From: Spirochaetales bacterium
GTDB lineage: Bacteria; Spirochaetota; Spirochaetia; Sphaerochaetales; Sphaerochaetaceae
NCBI GenBank assembly: GCA_012519115.1
Contig: JAAYQW010000050.1
Coordinates: forward strand, 2,459-66,458
DNA length: 64,000 bases
Direction: 5' to 3'
In this document: one piece after another, positions 1 through 10,234 of the stretch
How positions within the stretch are numbered: position 1 is the stretch's first letter
How the letters are laid out: every line of letters begins with the position of its first letter
Notes under the pieces: model-generated
Seen by the model: the letters and a program-made list of their open reading frames with translations, nothing else
Told to the model about the DNA's origin: nothing
The model's database searches: none
Translations under genes and position numbers: made by a program

Positions 1-2
1 AT

Positions 3-1412
3 GTGCAGGAAGAAGCGTGGGTTGAAGACGGCCTGCATGTCAACAGCGGATTCATCGACGGTTTGGACAAACACGATGCAATTGAAAAGATGATCGCCTT
101 CCTGGAAGAACGGAACCTGGGCGAACGGGCGATTAACTATAAGCTGCGTGACTGGATCTTCAGCCGCCAGCGCTACTGGGGCGAACCCATTCCTCTTCTC
201 CATTGCGAGACGTGCGGAACCGTCCCCGTACCGGAGGATCGGCTGCCCCTTCTTCTTCCCGAAGTGAAGAGCTATGAACCCTCAGGAACCGGTGAAAGCC
301 CCTTGGCGAAGATCGATTCCTGGGTGAACACCACCTGCCCGGTGTGCGGCGGACCGGCAAGACGGGAGACCAACACGATGCCTCAATGGGCAGGGTCATG
401 CTGGTACCATCTCCGCTACCTCGATCCTCACAACACCGAACGCTTCACCGGCAAGGAAGCGGAAGAGTATTGGATGCCCGTCGATCTGTACGTCGGCGGA
501 GCGGAGCACGCGGTATTGCACCTTCTCTACGCTCGTTTCTGGCATATGGTCCTCTTCGATCTCGGCCTCGTCTCCACCGAAGAGCCATACCAGCGCCTCA
601 TCAACCAGGGGATGATCACCTCGTATGCGTACCAGCGCAAGGACAAGAGCCTGGTCCCCACCGATGAAGTAACGGAGATCGCTCCGGAAACGTGGATCGA
701 GACCGCAACCGGCGAACCGCTGGAACGAGTAGTCGCCAAAATGAGCAAGAGCTTGAAGAACGTCATCAACCCGGATGACATCATCCATGAATACGGGGCG
801 GATTCGATGCGGATGTACGAGATGTTCATGGGGCCGCTTGAGGTCTCCAAGCCATGGGCGACCGCCGGCCTTGTCGGAATCTACCGCTTCCTGGATCGAA
901 TCTGGCGATTGTATGACGAGGTTGAAATCGTTGATGAAGAACCGAACGAAGAACTGCTTCGAACCCTTCATAAAACGATCAAGAAAGTTACCGAAGACAC
1001 TCGGGATCTGGCGTTCAATACCGCAATCAGCCAGATGATGGTGCTCGTCAACGAGCTCTATAAAGAGGATGTGTTCCCAAGAAGCGTAGCTGAAACCTTC
1101 GTCAAGCTCCTCTCGCCGTATGTCCCCCACCTTGCCGAAGAGCTTTGGGAGAAGCTCGGACATGCACCGAGTGTTTCGAAAGTCCAATGGCCCGTGTGGG
1201 ATGAGAAGCTTACGGTTGACACGAACATTGAAGTGGTGTTCCAGATCAACGGAAAGGTTCGTTCCAAAACGATGGTAAGACAAGGCGCATCGAAGGAAAC
1301 CCTCCTGAGCCTTGCCAAGGACGACGCGAAGATCCGATCATGGCTGGAGGGAAAGACGATAGTCAAAGAGATCGTCGTTCCCGACAAACTGGTGAATCTC
1401 GTAGTTACGTAA
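3..1412 (+). CDS. leuS: Leucine--tRNA ligase, C-terminal part (gene starts before the window)
   Basis: LRDWIFSRQRYWGEPIP, YVGGAEHAVLHLLYARF and KMSKS motifs; C-terminal VFQINGKVR...VPDKLVNLVV. Confidence 0.97.
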   Translation: MQEEAWVEDGLHVNSGFIDGLDKHDAIEKMIAFLEERNLGERAINYKLRDWIFSRQRYWGEPIPLLHCETCGTVPVPEDRLPLLLPEVKSYEPSGTGESPLAKIDSWVNTTCPVCGGPARRETNTMPQWAGSCWYHLRYLDPHNTERFTGKEAEEYWMPVDLYVGGAEHAVLHLLYARFWHMVLFDLGLVSTEEPYQRLINQGMITSYAYQRKDKSLVPTDEVTEIAPETWIETATGEPLERVVAKMSKSLKNVINPDDIIHEYGADSMRMYEMFMGPLEVSKPWATAGLVGIYRFLDRIWRLYDEVEIVDEEPNEELLRTLHKTIKKVTEDTRDLAFNTAISQMMVLVNELYKEDVFPRSVAETFVKLLSPYVPHLAEELWEKLGHAPSVSKVQWPVWDEKLTVDTNIEVVFQINGKVRSKTMVRQGASKETLLSLAKDDAKIRSWLEGKTIVKEIVVPDKLVNLVVT

Positions 1413-1414
1413 CG

Positions 1415-1861
1415 CTAGTGAGGAACAAGCTCCAATATGATGGAAGAATGGAACCCTTCAAGGGCGGCATGGGGAACAGGAAGCGTCGCCCACAGGGTTC
1501 CTATTTCCACATGAGGCTCATCGGCACATTGCTGATATGGGAACGTAATCTCTCCACAGCACGCAAAGCCGCTTGAAGAACAGATCGTATAGGAATATGA
1601 AAGCTGACCGTTGCTCAAATCCGTCGCTCGAATGCGAACCCACCCGGCACTGATTCGATCGATCATCAAGGTAATCTCTCCGATTTCGATGCGAGCGGCC
1701 TCGGGATCTGTTTGAATTTGTTCGGGGGCGTGCAAGAAAAACCCTTCACATCGAAAATCATCGGGAATATAGGCACCGAACAACACAGGACTGGCCAAAA
1801 GCACCACTACCATTGCTTTAAGCCAATGACGAGAAGATGGATGCGCCCGCCGATATATCAT
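1415..1861 (-). CDS. Hypothetical protein with a signal-peptide-like N-terminus
   Basis: 148-aa ORF filling the gap after leuS; basic N-terminus then hydrophobic AMVVVLLASPVLFG; no family recognised. Confidence 0.55.
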   Translation of the reverse strand: MIYRRAHPSSRHWLKAMVVVLLASPVLFGAYIPDDFRCEGFFLHAPEQIQTDPEAARIEIGEITLMIDRISAGWVRIRATDLSNGQLSYSYTICSSSGFACCGEITFPYQQCADEPHVEIGTLWATLPVPHAALEGFHSSIILELVPH

Positions 1862-1919
1862 TGCCTATAGTATGACACGGATGAACAATTGATTGAATAC
1901 TTGAAACCCTCGTATCGAA

Positions 1920-2648
1920 TCACCACCTTGGAGCATCGCTGAGAGCTGAGAACACCATCTTTGTCCTGCCATCCGAAGCAAGCGTCAGGATAAGGGAGCG
2001 CTCTTTGTTCAACCATCGGGTCGAACCATGGTCGAGGAGAAGAGGAACCTCTTCGGCGAAATGGATCCAGAAGGAACGTTGGGAAGGGTTTTCACACACC
2101 CAATATCCATCGGGAATACCGCTGAGTGTGTGCCACACCCGCTCAAGCCGCCGAAGGCTCTTCATGGGGGTGACGCCGCTGAGAAGATCCACCAGGAGGG
2201 CGGAAGCATCGAGATTGACCGCATCGCCCACCAACGCGGAAAGAAGATTCATATCAAGCGAAGCGATCGCATCGGCGTTCAACAGATTTCCTTCGATGAG
2301 GAGCTTTGCCAGAGGGCCGTCCTTTCGGGTAAGAACGACGCGGTCTCCCCTTCCCGCTTGAACGAATCCGCCCAGCGGCGTTATGGCGCCCAACGGATAG
2401 GCACAGAGCGCGACGCTGTCAAGGCGATCGATCACGATCGTCGTCCGACGGATGCCGCTTGAAAGATGCATTTTCTTATTCCCGTTCTTCGTGGTATAGA
2501 CCAGAGTATACCACATGGGAAGGTGCGAAGCCTCCTCCCAAGGGTGTTTTTCACCGATCGAAACATGAACAACCCGCTCGGCAAACGGGTTGTGGTCACA
2601 CGAAGTGAAGAGAAGCAGGCATATGCAGACGATGCTTTTGAGGCGCAC
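1920..2648 (-). CDS. Hypothetical lipoprotein
   Basis: 242 aa; MRLKSIVCICLLLFTSC ends in a lipobox-like LFTS-C; co-oriented downstream of the DUF4416 gene. Confidence 0.7.
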   Translation of the reverse strand: MRLKSIVCICLLLFTSCDHNPFAERVVHVSIGEKHPWEEASHLPMWYTLVYTTKNGNKKMHLSSGIRRTTIVIDRLDSVALCAYPLGAITPLGGFVQAGRGDRVVLTRKDGPLAKLLIEGNLLNADAIASLDMNLLSALVGDAVNLDASALLVDLLSGVTPMKSLRRLERVWHTLSGIPDGYWVCENPSQRSFWIHFAEEVPLLLDHGSTRWLNKERSLILTLASDGRTKMVFSALSDAPRW

Positions 2649-2663
2649 ACCTCTTAAGGGACG

Positions 2664-3185
2664 TCAGTTCCCGCCTTGCTTCAAAGCCGAGCGCCACGAG
2701 TTCAGCAGCATGATCGTTTCCCTGCTTTTATAATCGGCATAGGTCCACGGAAGAGCCCGGTAGGAATGATCGTGGTAGATGAGGGTGAGCTCGGCGTAGA
2801 TGCCGCGATCCAGCGCAATCCGGTGGGAACGGTTCTTCGTCGTCGCCAAGACGAGGTTGCTCAACGTGAAGAGACCGGGATCGAGGTTGACCCGTCTCCT
2901 TCCTTCCACGCTGAATCGTCGCTCCAAGTCATTGGTCGCCACTTTGATCTCGGCCAGACGGCTCGGATCCACCGCTTCTTCGAACGTGTAGTAGGAACGC
3001 AGAGGAATCCCGCCCATCTCTTCGTTGTAGTAGTCGGTAAACGTGAAGGGTGCCACCCCGCTTCGCTCCCTGATCGGTCCATACAGTCCGGCAAGCGCGC
3101 TCAACGCCTCGCCCAGGAGGCTCTCACCTGATGCGAGCACACCCAAAAAGAGGGTTTCTTTTGCAAACTCACCGGTTTGAGCCAT
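2664..3185 (-). CDS. DUF4416 family protein
   Basis: FTDYYNEEMG, RRRVNLDPG, LVLATTKN..HRI, GIYAELTL and LPWTYADY motifs. Confidence 0.8.
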   Translation of the reverse strand: MAQTGEFAKETLFLGVLASGESLLGEALSALAGLYGPIRERSGVAPFTFTDYYNEEMGGIPLRSYYTFEEAVDPSRLAEIKVATNDLERRFSVEGRRRVNLDPGLFTLSNLVLATTKNRSHRIALDRGIYAELTLIYHDHSYRALPWTYADYKSRETIMLLNSWRSALKQGGN

Positions 3186-5073
3186 AGGTTCCCAATACCC
3201 GCACCGAGAGGCAGGTTTCCTTCAATTCAGCCAATGCCGCTTCAAACGCTCCGTTGTCGCCCAGTTCCGTCTCGACGAAGAAGGAGTACTCCCAAGGTTT
3301 GCCCGGAATCGGACGCGATTCGAGGCGTTTCATGTTCAGCTGATGCTTTGCCAGAATCAGAAGCGCTTCGAAGAGCGCTCCCGGACGATCTCCGACGGTA
3401 AAGAGGAGCGAAGCGCGATTGATCGGACGAAGAGTCTTAAACGCTTCGGCGTTCTCGCTCCGGGCGATGACGTAGAACCGGGTATAGTTTCGCGCGTGCG
3501 ATTCGATCCCCTCGGCCAGAATCGCCATGTCATATACATGAGCCGCGGCTTCGCCGGCGATTGCCGCTTTGCTCGGATCGTTCTCCTTCTTCACGTAAGC
3601 GACCGCCCCGGCGGTATCAAAGAAGGGAACCGCCTGAGCATGAGCCATCGTTTCGGTGAGGAACTTGGTGCATTGGGCCAGACCCTGGGGGTGGGAGTAG
3701 ATGTGGGTAATCGCTTCGAGCTTCGTTCCGGGAAGACCGATCAGGTTGTGGACGATTCTGATCTGCTGCTCGCCGACCACTTCGATCTCATCGTTTCGCT
3801 CAAGCTGGTCGAGGTTCTCCGCAATCGTTCCGCCGAGGGTATTCTCGATGGGAACCATTCCATAATGCGCCCGGCCTTCGCGAACCGCGTTGAAGAGCTC
3901 GCTGAAGGAGGAACACGGAAGCACTTCCGTATCCTCTTCGAACGCCCGCCTGATCGCCATCTCGCTGTAGGCTCCCCGCTCGCCTTGGAACGCGACCGTC
4001 AGCGAGGAGGACTTTTGCTTTTCCGCACCCTTGGCCTTCGGCCCTTCGACTTTGACCGGACGCTCCATCGATTTGCCCAGCACTCCGCTGAGAGCATCGA
4101 GATCTCTCATCAGTTTTTCAAACTGGGAAGGATACAGCGATTGCGGACCGTCGCTGAACGCTTTGTCCGGATCGGTATGAACCTCCACCATGAGGCCGGA
4201 AGCTCCGCTGGCCACAAGTCCCAGACTCATCGAACTGACCATGTCCCGCATTCCCGTCGCATGACTGGGATCGCCGATGATCGGAAGGTGGGTCAGTTTC
4301 TGGACGACCGGAACGGCGGAGATATCCAACGTGTTCCGCGTCGCTCGCTCATAGGTTCGAATGCCCCGTTCGCAGAGGATGACCTGATCGGTTCCGCTGG
4401 CCATCAGATACTCGGCGGCCATCAACCACTCCTCGATCGTGGCGGATATGCCTCGTTTGAGGAGAACCGGCATGTTCATCTTCCCCACCGCTTTGAGCAG
4501 TTCGAAGTTCTGCATGTTTCGAGCTCCGATCTGGAACATGTCGACATACTTGCTCATCATCCCGACATCGGAGGGATTTACGATCTCGCTGGTGATCGGC
4601 ATCCCGAAGGCGTCCCCCGCCTCTCGGAGGTACTTCAGTCCTTCTTCACCCAGACCCTGGAACGCATAGGGACTGGTTCTGGGTTTGAAAGCGCCGCCGC
4701 GGAGAATCACCGCACCGGCTTCATGAACGCTCCGGGCGATCGCCATGATCTGTTCGCGTGATTCGACTGCGCACGGTCCGGCAATGATCGCGATGCGGTT
4801 GCCGCCGACCTTCACCTTGCCGACCGAGACGATCGTATCCTCTTTTTTGAACTCCCGGGAAGCGAGCTTGTAGGGCTTGCTGATCGGCACCACCGAGGCG
4901 ACGCCTTCAAGCAGCTGAACCTGGCGAATATCGACGGAAGATTGACCGACCGCCCCGAAGATCGTCTCCTCTTGGCCGACAATCTCCTTGACCGTGTATC
5001 CCTTATCGGTGAGAAACTCACGAATCGCATGTTTCTGAGCTTCAGTTATCTGTTTCTTGAGAATGAGTACCAT
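3169..5073 (-). CDS. aroF/pheA: Fusion of type I-beta DAHP synthase (N-terminal regulatory domain) with prephenate dehydratase and an ACT domain
   Basis: IAGPCAVES, RGGAFKPRTSPY and DPSHATG (DAHPS); VAFQGERGAYSE, PIENTLGG, SHPQGLAQC, NYTRF and LESRP (PDT/ACT). Confidence 0.92.
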   Translation of the reverse strand: MVLILKKQITEAQKHAIREFLTDKGYTVKEIVGQEETIFGAVGQSSVDIRQVQLLEGVASVVPISKPYKLASREFKKEDTIVSVGKVKVGGNRIAIIAGPCAVESREQIMAIARSVHEAGAVILRGGAFKPRTSPYAFQGLGEEGLKYLREAGDAFGMPITSEIVNPSDVGMMSKYVDMFQIGARNMQNFELLKAVGKMNMPVLLKRGISATIEEWLMAAEYLMASGTDQVILCERGIRTYERATRNTLDISAVPVVQKLTHLPIIGDPSHATGMRDMVSSMSLGLVASGASGLMVEVHTDPDKAFSDGPQSLYPSQFEKLMRDLDALSGVLGKSMERPVKVEGPKAKGAEKQKSSSLTVAFQGERGAYSEMAIRRAFEEDTEVLPCSSFSELFNAVREGRAHYGMVPIENTLGGTIAENLDQLERNDEIEVVGEQQIRIVHNLIGLPGTKLEAITHIYSHPQGLAQCTKFLTETMAHAQAVPFFDTAGAVAYVKKENDPSKAAIAGEAAAHVYDMAILAEGIESHARNYTRFYVIARSENAEAFKTLRPINRASLLFTVGDRPGALFEALLILAKHQLNMKRLESRPIPGKPWEYSFFVETELGDNGAFEAALAELKETCLSVRVLGTYGSNR

Positions 5074-5186
5074 GAAGAAACGCTAGAAGGAAAGAAGGAA
5101 AAAATCAAGAGAGGACGCATCGGCGACGGAGAATAAGATATGTGGATCGCCTTGTCATTTGCTCCAACCTGTGGTAGCTCATATGT

Positions 5187-5849
5187 ATGGACGAACACTA
5201 CTGGGATTCCCTCTTCCACCGCTTCCGATCTGCTCTTGAGAAACAGGGAGCCGTTCTCCCCTCCGTTTCCCTGATAGCCGAAAAGCACAACGATCCGTTC
5301 CGAATCCTCATCGCCACGGTCATCTCCCTGAGAACCAAGGATGCGGTGACCATGAAGGCGAGCCGAACCCTCTTCGATAAAGCGGGGACTCCGAGGGAAA
5401 TCCTCGCTCTCACTGAAGAAGAGGTCCAAGAGCTGATCTATCCAGCCGGATTCTACAAGACGAAAGCGAAGACGATCCGCTCGATCAGCAAGATGATCCT
5501 GGATGAGTTCGGAGGTGTCGTTCCTAATACCCAAGAGGAATTGATGAGGCTTCCGGGAGTGGGAATCAAGACGGCGAACCTTACCCTTAACCTGGGCTTC
5601 GGAATCGATGCGATCTGCGTCGATTGCCACGTCCATCAGATCGCCAACCGCCTCGGATGGATTGCGACCGGAACTCCCGAAGAGAGCGAGCAGGAACTGA
5701 TGAAGGTGATGCCCCGGCGCTTCTGGATCCCCTTGAACGAACTGCTTGTCCGCTATGGGCAGGTAATCTGCACCCCGGTCAGCCCGTTCTGCTCCCGCTG
5801 TCCGGAAGAGGCGACGTGCCCCAAAGTAGGAGTGACAAGAACTCGTTAG
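5187..5849 (+). CDS. nth: Endonuclease III
   Basis: HhH LPGVGIKTA, VDCHVHQIANRLG and CTPVSPFCSRCPEEATC 4Fe-4S motif. Confidence 0.95.
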   Translation: MDEHYWDSLFHRFRSALEKQGAVLPSVSLIAEKHNDPFRILIATVISLRTKDAVTMKASRTLFDKAGTPREILALTEEEVQELIYPAGFYKTKAKTIRSISKMILDEFGGVVPNTQEELMRLPGVGIKTANLTLNLGFGIDAICVDCHVHQIANRLGWIATGTPEESEQELMKVMPRRFWIPLNELLVRYGQVICTPVSPFCSRCPEEATCPKVGVTRTR

Positions 5850-6799
5850 TAGACCGCTCGAACGATTCGGGCCACGTTCTGAGCTTTCCCCAACGTATAG
5901 TAGTGAATCGAAGGAACCCCTGAGGCATAGAGCTCTTTCGACTGAGCGATGCACCACCGGACTCCGATTTCGGCGATCTCGGCATTGGAAGCGCCCCCTT
6001 CAAGCTCGGCGGTCAGCTCCTCGGGAAGATCGACGCCGAACGTCTGCGGAATGAGACTGAGATCCCGTTTTGAGGCGAGGGGCTTCAGGCCGGGGATGAT
6101 GGGGACGGTAATCCCGATAGCTCGACACGCTTTTACAAAGGCGAAATACTTCTCATTGTCAAAGAACATCTGGGTAACGACATACTCCGCTCCGGCATCG
6201 ACCTTCTTCTTCAGATTCGCCAGATCGACCGCCATGTTCATCGCTTCGGCGTGTTTCTCCGGATATCCGGCCACACCGATCGAGAAGTGGGTCGCTTCCC
6301 CGTCTTGGTATTGATCATCCAGATACCTTCCGTGATTGAGATCCGCGATCTGCTTGACAAGCTGGCTCGAGTAGGTGTGCCCGTCGGACATCGGAATGAA
6401 GCGCTTCTCCCCGCTGGGAGGATCGCCCCTGAGGGCGAGGATATTGTCTATTCCAAGAAAGTGCAGCTCGATGAGGGTATCCTCGATCTGCTCCCTGCTC
6501 ATCCCTCCGCAGATCACGTGAGCCACCGTCGGGACGTTGAACGTGTGCTGGATAAGAGCAGCCAAGGCGGTGGTGCCGGGACGCTTGCGCACCGTCTTTC
6601 GCTGAAGAAGCCCATCTTCCCGCTCCAGGTAGACGACTTCCGCCTGGTGGTTCGTCACGTTGATATAGGAGGGATCGAACTCCATCAGGGTTCGAATCGT
6701 TTCCAAGATCGGCTCGAGGGTCCGGCCTTTGAGCGGCGGAACCAGTTCGAAGGTGAAAAGAGGTTTCTTGGCGGCTTGGATGATTTCGGTTACACGCAT
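5846..6799 (-). CDS. metF: Methylenetetrahydrofolate reductase
   Basis: TFELVPP, ILALRGDPP, VAGYPEKH, KKVDAGAEYVVTQMFFD and HYYTL motifs. Confidence 0.95.
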   Translation of the reverse strand: MRVTEIIQAAKKPLFTFELVPPLKGRTLEPILETIRTLMEFDPSYINVTNHQAEVVYLEREDGLLQRKTVRKRPGTTALAALIQHTFNVPTVAHVICGGMSREQIEDTLIELHFLGIDNILALRGDPPSGEKRFIPMSDGHTYSSQLVKQIADLNHGRYLDDQYQDGEATHFSIGVAGYPEKHAEAMNMAVDLANLKKKVDAGAEYVVTQMFFDNEKYFAFVKACRAIGITVPIIPGLKPLASKRDLSLIPQTFGVDLPEELTAELEGGASNAEIAEIGVRWCIAQSKELYASGVPSIHYYTLGKAQNVARIVRAVY

Positions 6800-6802
6800 G
6801 GC

Positions 6803-9800
6803 TCAGTATCCCATATCCTTCAGAAAGGAAGCAAGCTCCCGATCGGAAACGCCTTTTCTCCGGGCGTACCGTTCAAGCTGGGCTTGGCTCACATCGCTGA
6901 TGGTGAAATACCGGACCCCTTCTCCGCCGATGACCGCTCCGCACACCGATGACGGGGGATCCATCGCATAGTTCGAGCTCAGCGAGACGCCGATCCGCTC
7001 CTTCACTTTCAACATCTCGAACAGGGTCTTCTTCTCGCTGTGATCGCTCCAGGAGGGATATCCGATCGCAGGCCGGATGATCGAGCGGGGTGTTTCCTCC
7101 CACAGATCGGCGATCAGGGATTGAGCCTCTTGGGCAAGCACTTCGGCAAGCCGGTCGGCAAGCAGTTTCAACGTCAAGGTTCTTACGGGATCGTCGTCGA
7201 GAATCGTTTCCAGATCGAGGGCGGAAGAGGCGACGAAGAAGCCGACCGCATCCTGCTTGGCAACCATATCGGGAAGGCTGAGCCCGCTTCCTTCATCCCG
7301 AAGGAAGTGAAAGACATGTGTGTCGGTAGCTATCGCATATCGATCGCTATGGACATTCATCATCGAATACACGACCTTCATTCCCCTCGTGAAGGAAGAT
7401 GCGATCTCCTCCTCGGCGAGAAGCTCCTTGGCTTCGGCGATGATGCGCTTCGCTTCATCAGTTCCAAAGGGAATCCCCCACCCCTGCACGTACATCCTCC
7501 AGCTGATTCGCTTGGCCAGTTCGGAAAGGTCAAAATCATCTTTCACGAAGACTCCGGTCTTCTTCGCCTTGAGGCCTGTTCGTTTTTGCTCCTGCTTTCC
7601 AAGAAAATCCGCTATCTGTTTTTTTGATGGCTCCTCTTTGGCGTGGTTCATCCGGATCGCTTCATACTGCAAGCGGATCGCATCAAGGCGCTCTTGCCCT
7701 TCGGGACCGAGAATCTCGACGGCGGTGAGAGCCATCTCGCTGGCATCCCCGGTCTGAATCACCGCGCCGCTTGAGAGCGGAGCAAGTTTCAGAGCGGTGT
7801 GCACCTCGCTGGTGGTCGCTCCCCCGACGAAGACGGGAAGATGAAGGCCGCTCGCTTCAAAGAGGGAAATGACTTTCTCCATCTCCTTGAGCGAGGGGGT
7901 GATGAGCCCTGAAAGACCGACGAGATCCGGGCCGTGTTCCTTCACCGCTCTGAGAATCGTCTGTTCATCGACCATCACTCCAAGGTCGATCACGTCGAAG
8001 TCGTTGCAGCTCAAGACCAGTCCAACGATATTCTTCCCGATATCGTGGACATCCCCTTTCACGGTGGCGAGAACCGCTTTTCGAGTGCCTGAAACGATCT
8101 TCTTATCTACTAATTGAGCCTCGAGACGCGGCTGGAGGATATCAACCGCGCTCTTCATCGCCCTGGCGGAACGAACGACCTGAGAGAGGAACATCTTCCC
8201 CTCGCCGAAGCGGGTGCCGACGGTTTTCATCGCTTCCATCAGGATCGAATCGATGATGAAGAGCGGTTCCAGGTGGATCAGGGAATCGAGGATCTCTTCA
8301 AGACCGAGAATCTCCCCTTCGATGATCGTCTTGGCAAGAAGTTCCTCCCCCTTGAGATCGGCCGCGCCTGGCTCCGCTTTCTCTTTTGACTGCTCAGCCA
8401 AGGCGAGGTTCAGGAGTGGTGAGGAATTGGAAGAAAGCAGGGCTTCCCGTATGATCTTCCGAGTTTTTTCATCAAGGGAGGACTGATGCATTGAAGAAGG
8501 ATTGAGAATCGCCAGATCGAATCGGGCAAGGTCCAGGAACACTTCGTGAAGGGCGCTGCGCAGAGGATTGTTTCCCCGAAATGCGTAGGAAAGGTTGCTG
8601 ATTCCCCCACTGACGTAGGAGAGGGGATAACGCTTCTTCAGTTCACGGGTGGCATCGATCGTGGCTTTGGCATAGGAGTCGTGCTCCTTGATGCCGGTTC
8701 CGATCGCCAGCACGTTCGGATCGAAGATGATCGCCGAGGGATCGATTCCCGCCTCGACAAGGAGCGTGTATGAACGCTCGGCGATTGCGAGTTTTCGTTC
8801 GTAACTCGCAGCCTGGCCTTCTTCGTCGAAGAGCATCACCACGAACGCATGACCGAACGAGACGATCCGTTCGGCTCGGCGGATGAAGAGCTCTTCGCCC
8901 TCCTTCAAGCTGATTGAATTTATGACCGCCCGACCCTGAACCTCCCCAAGCGCCGCTTCGATGACCGACCAATCAGAGGAGTCGATCATCAATGCAGCTT
9001 TCGCGACCGTCGGGTCGCTTGCGATATACCGTAAAAACGAGACGATCGCTTCTTTGGAATCCAACAGAGGATCATCCATGCAGATGTCCAGAAGATCCGC
9101 GCCTTCGGTGATCTGGTCACGAGCGACACGAAGGGCTTCCTCCCATCGTTTCCGTTCGATGCGGCGTCGGAAGATCCGCGATCCTGCGACATTCGTCCGT
9201 TCTCCGACGACAAGAAGGGATTCGCTCTTCACTTCGACCGGGTCCAAACCCGCCAAGAGCAGAGCGGGCTTCTTCGGTTGAATCGATCGTGGCTTACTTT
9301 CAGCAAGGATGGCCTTTAGAGCTCGGATATGCTCGGGGGTCGTTCCGCAGCACCCTCCGACGATATTCAGGAACCCTTGGACAAGAAGCGGTTTCAGCTC
9401 CTCGGCAAGCTGATCGGGAGTTAGCGTGTATTTGCCTTCTTCATCGGGGAAGCCGGCATTCGGGTGGGCCGAAGTATGAAACGGAGAGATCGCATGGAGC
9501 TCCTTTAGGAGTGGAACCATCTCCTTCGGTCCGGTGGAGCAGTTCAAACCGATGCTCAACAGATCGAAGGGGGCAAGGGTGGCGACGAACGCCTTCAGGC
9601 TTTGGCCGCTCAACGTTCGTCCGCTGCCGTCGCTGAACGTGACGCTGACCATGATCGGAAGATCCTTGTTCGCCGCCTCGAGTTCTTCCCGACAGGCGAT
9701 GATCGCGCTTTTGGCGACCAGCGTATCGAAGACCGTTTCAACGAGCAGAAGATCGCACCCCGCTTCAATCAGGGCTTTGGCCTGCTCCCGGTAGGTGTGG

Positions 9801-10234
9801 AGAAAGAAATCGAAATCATATGTCCGGTCGGTGGGATTGTCCACCTTGGCGGAAAAGGAGAGACCGGAGGCGGTGGGGCCGAGAACTCCGGCGACATACA
9901 CGTTTCGCCCGGCATCCTTTCCCGCTTCCTTGGCGAGCGAGACCGCCCGGCGGTTGATGAGCTCCACCTCGTCTTCAAGACGATACTCGCTCAGACTGAT
10001 TCGATTGGCGTTGAACGTATTGGTCTCGATGATATCAGCACCGGATTCGATATACTTTCGGTGAATCGAGACGATCAGCTCGCCTTGAGTAAGATTCAAT
10101 ACTTCGGCAAGCCCGGTGGCCGCTCTTTCTTGATGGAGATAAGCGGAAGGAGGCAGGTGATGGCTTTGGATCATCGTCCCCATCGCCCCATCGAGGAGCA
10201 GGACTCGGTTTTGAATCTCTTTACGGATGCCCAT
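6803..10234 (-). CDS. metH: Cobalamin-dependent methionine synthase
   Basis: LLLDGAMGTMIQ, GLNC, GGCCGT, GERTNVAGS, ATVKGDVHDIGKN B12 motif and RPAIGYP reactivation domain; start placed at the ATG at 10234. Confidence 0.95.
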   Translation of the reverse strand: MGIRKEIQNRVLLLDGAMGTMIQSHHLPPSAYLHQERAATGLAEVLNLTQGELIVSIHRKYIESGADIIETNTFNANRISLSEYRLEDEVELINRRAVSLAKEAGKDAGRNVYVAGVLGPTASGLSFSAKVDNPTDRTYDFDFFLHTYREQAKALIEAGCDLLLVETVFDTLVAKSAIIACREELEAANKDLPIMVSVTFSDGSGRTLSGQSLKAFVATLAPFDLLSIGLNCSTGPKEMVPLLKELHAISPFHTSAHPNAGFPDEEGKYTLTPDQLAEELKPLLVQGFLNIVGGCCGTTPEHIRALKAILAESKPRSIQPKKPALLLAGLDPVEVKSESLLVVGERTNVAGSRIFRRRIERKRWEEALRVARDQITEGADLLDICMDDPLLDSKEAIVSFLRYIASDPTVAKAALMIDSSDWSVIEAALGEVQGRAVINSISLKEGEELFIRRAERIVSFGHAFVVMLFDEEGQAASYERKLAIAERSYTLLVEAGIDPSAIIFDPNVLAIGTGIKEHDSYAKATIDATRELKKRYPLSYVSGGISNLSYAFRGNNPLRSALHEVFLDLARFDLAILNPSSMHQSSLDEKTRKIIREALLSSNSSPLLNLALAEQSKEKAEPGAADLKGEELLAKTIIEGEILGLEEILDSLIHLEPLFIIDSILMEAMKTVGTRFGEGKMFLSQVVRSARAMKSAVDILQPRLEAQLVDKKIVSGTRKAVLATVKGDVHDIGKNIVGLVLSCNDFDVIDLGVMVDEQTILRAVKEHGPDLVGLSGLITPSLKEMEKVISLFEASGLHLPVFVGGATTSEVHTALKLAPLSSGAVIQTGDASEMALTAVEILGPEGQERLDAIRLQYEAIRMNHAKEEPSKKQIADFLGKQEQKRTGLKAKKTGVFVKDDFDLSELAKRISWRMYVQGWGIPFGTDEAKRIIAEAKELLAEEEIASSFTRGMKVVYSMMNVHSDRYAIATDTHVFHFLRDEGSGLSLPDMVAKQDAVGFFVASSALDLETILDDDPVRTLTLKLLADRLAEVLAQEAQSLIADLWEETPRSIIRPAIGYPSWSDHSEKKTLFEMLKVKERIGVSLSSNYAMDPPSSVCGAVIGGEGVRYFTISDVSQAQLERYARRKGVSDRELASFLKDMGY

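Noticed and set aside
3343-4761. 472-aa plus-strand ORF (likewise 52962-54368, 43078-44031, 13543-14496 and 396-1283)
   Set aside because: Each lies antisense to a well-supported gene
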